Assembly (NCBI GenBank): GCA_010356995.1
Contig: ML996697.1
Coordinates: 729,793 to 793,792 of the forward strand
Source of the DNA: Trichodelitschia bisporula
Lineage: Eukaryota
Direction of reading: 5' to 3'
DNA length: 64,000 nt
Shown here piece by piece: positions 63,491 to 64,000 of the stretch. The notes under the pieces are model-generated. The model ran no database searches and was not told where the DNA came from. It saw only the letters and a program-made list of their open reading frames with translations. Each line of letters opens with the position of its first letter. Positions within the stretch are counted from its first letter, which is position 1. A program made the translations under genes and the position numbers.

Positions 63491-64000
63491 ATGGCTGAGA
63501 TGAACTTGAAAGAAGTGAACTCCGCCGAGGAGGCCCCCGAATCCAGTCGAGAATCGTTACCGTTGGACCTGGAAAAGGGGTCGACTGGCCAGGGAGAAGC
63601 ATCCAAAGAGCTTACAGAGCTCGCGGAACCTGAGAAGGCTCACACGCATGGTGGTGTCTTTTCGGCAATCACCCACCACACCACCCATCACACTGCGCCC
63701 TCTATTCGACATGTAACGACGGCACAAGACTGGGACGGTCTCGATGACCCTGAAAACCCCATGAACTGGCCGCTCGGGCTGAAGATCTACCACACGATAA
63801 TACCCGCCCTCCTTGCCTTCGTCGTGTAAGCCTTACCGCAAACCATAGATTGACATCTGCTAACGCGGATAGCACATTCGGCTCATCGGTGTACTCGCCA
63901 GGTTACCCTCTAGTTGCCAAAGAGTTCCATGTCTCGAAGGAAGCAGCCATTCTGCCCCTGTCGCTATATGTTATTGGACTTGGACTCGGGCCTGCAATTG
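63491..64000 (+). CDS. MFS transporter (DHA1 family), 5' part; runs off the window
   Basis: DWDGLDDPENPMNWPLGLK, intron ~63826-63872, then TFGSSVYSPG..LSLYVIGLGLGP. Confidence 0.9.

Overview
GC-rich, intron-containing eukaryotic DNA from a filamentous ascomycete. The evidence is short GT..CTRAC..YAG introns, dispersed 5S rRNA genes and intron-bearing tRNAs; a Dothideomycete-like origin is only a guess. About 20 protein-coding genes can be read. Housekeeping and cell-biology genes: UPF0656-like, MUP-type permease, GPC1, CWC22, DPM2, two MFS transporters, thiol/halide methyltransferase, OTU protease, HIU hydrolase, atfA, Bud2-type RasGAP, CPR6, mesA, myosin regulatory light chain, LisH-WD40 and an RRM protein. 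Oxidative enzymes: an FMO/BVMO, a secreted copper-monooxygenase-like protein and a P450. Non-coding genes are tRNA-Lys(CTT), tRNA-Gly(GCC), one intact 5S rRNA and one 5'-decayed 5S copy. The most notable items missed by the ORF track: (i) a tandem pair of very divergent, spliced VOC/glyoxalase-like genes, one apparently intact and one with a premature stop; (ii) a four-exon secreted protein with PHM/DBH-type copper ligands lying between the FMO and the P450; (iii) an inverted 5S pair with polarised decay; (iv) an HNH-nuclease relic in a tRNA-associated decayed region; (v) a recurring C-rich to G-rich switch along coding strands. I saw no CRISPR array, intact transposon or secondary-metabolite core synthase. 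All family calls come from motif recognition by eye, not database searches, and I cannot establish that any system here is truly undescribed.
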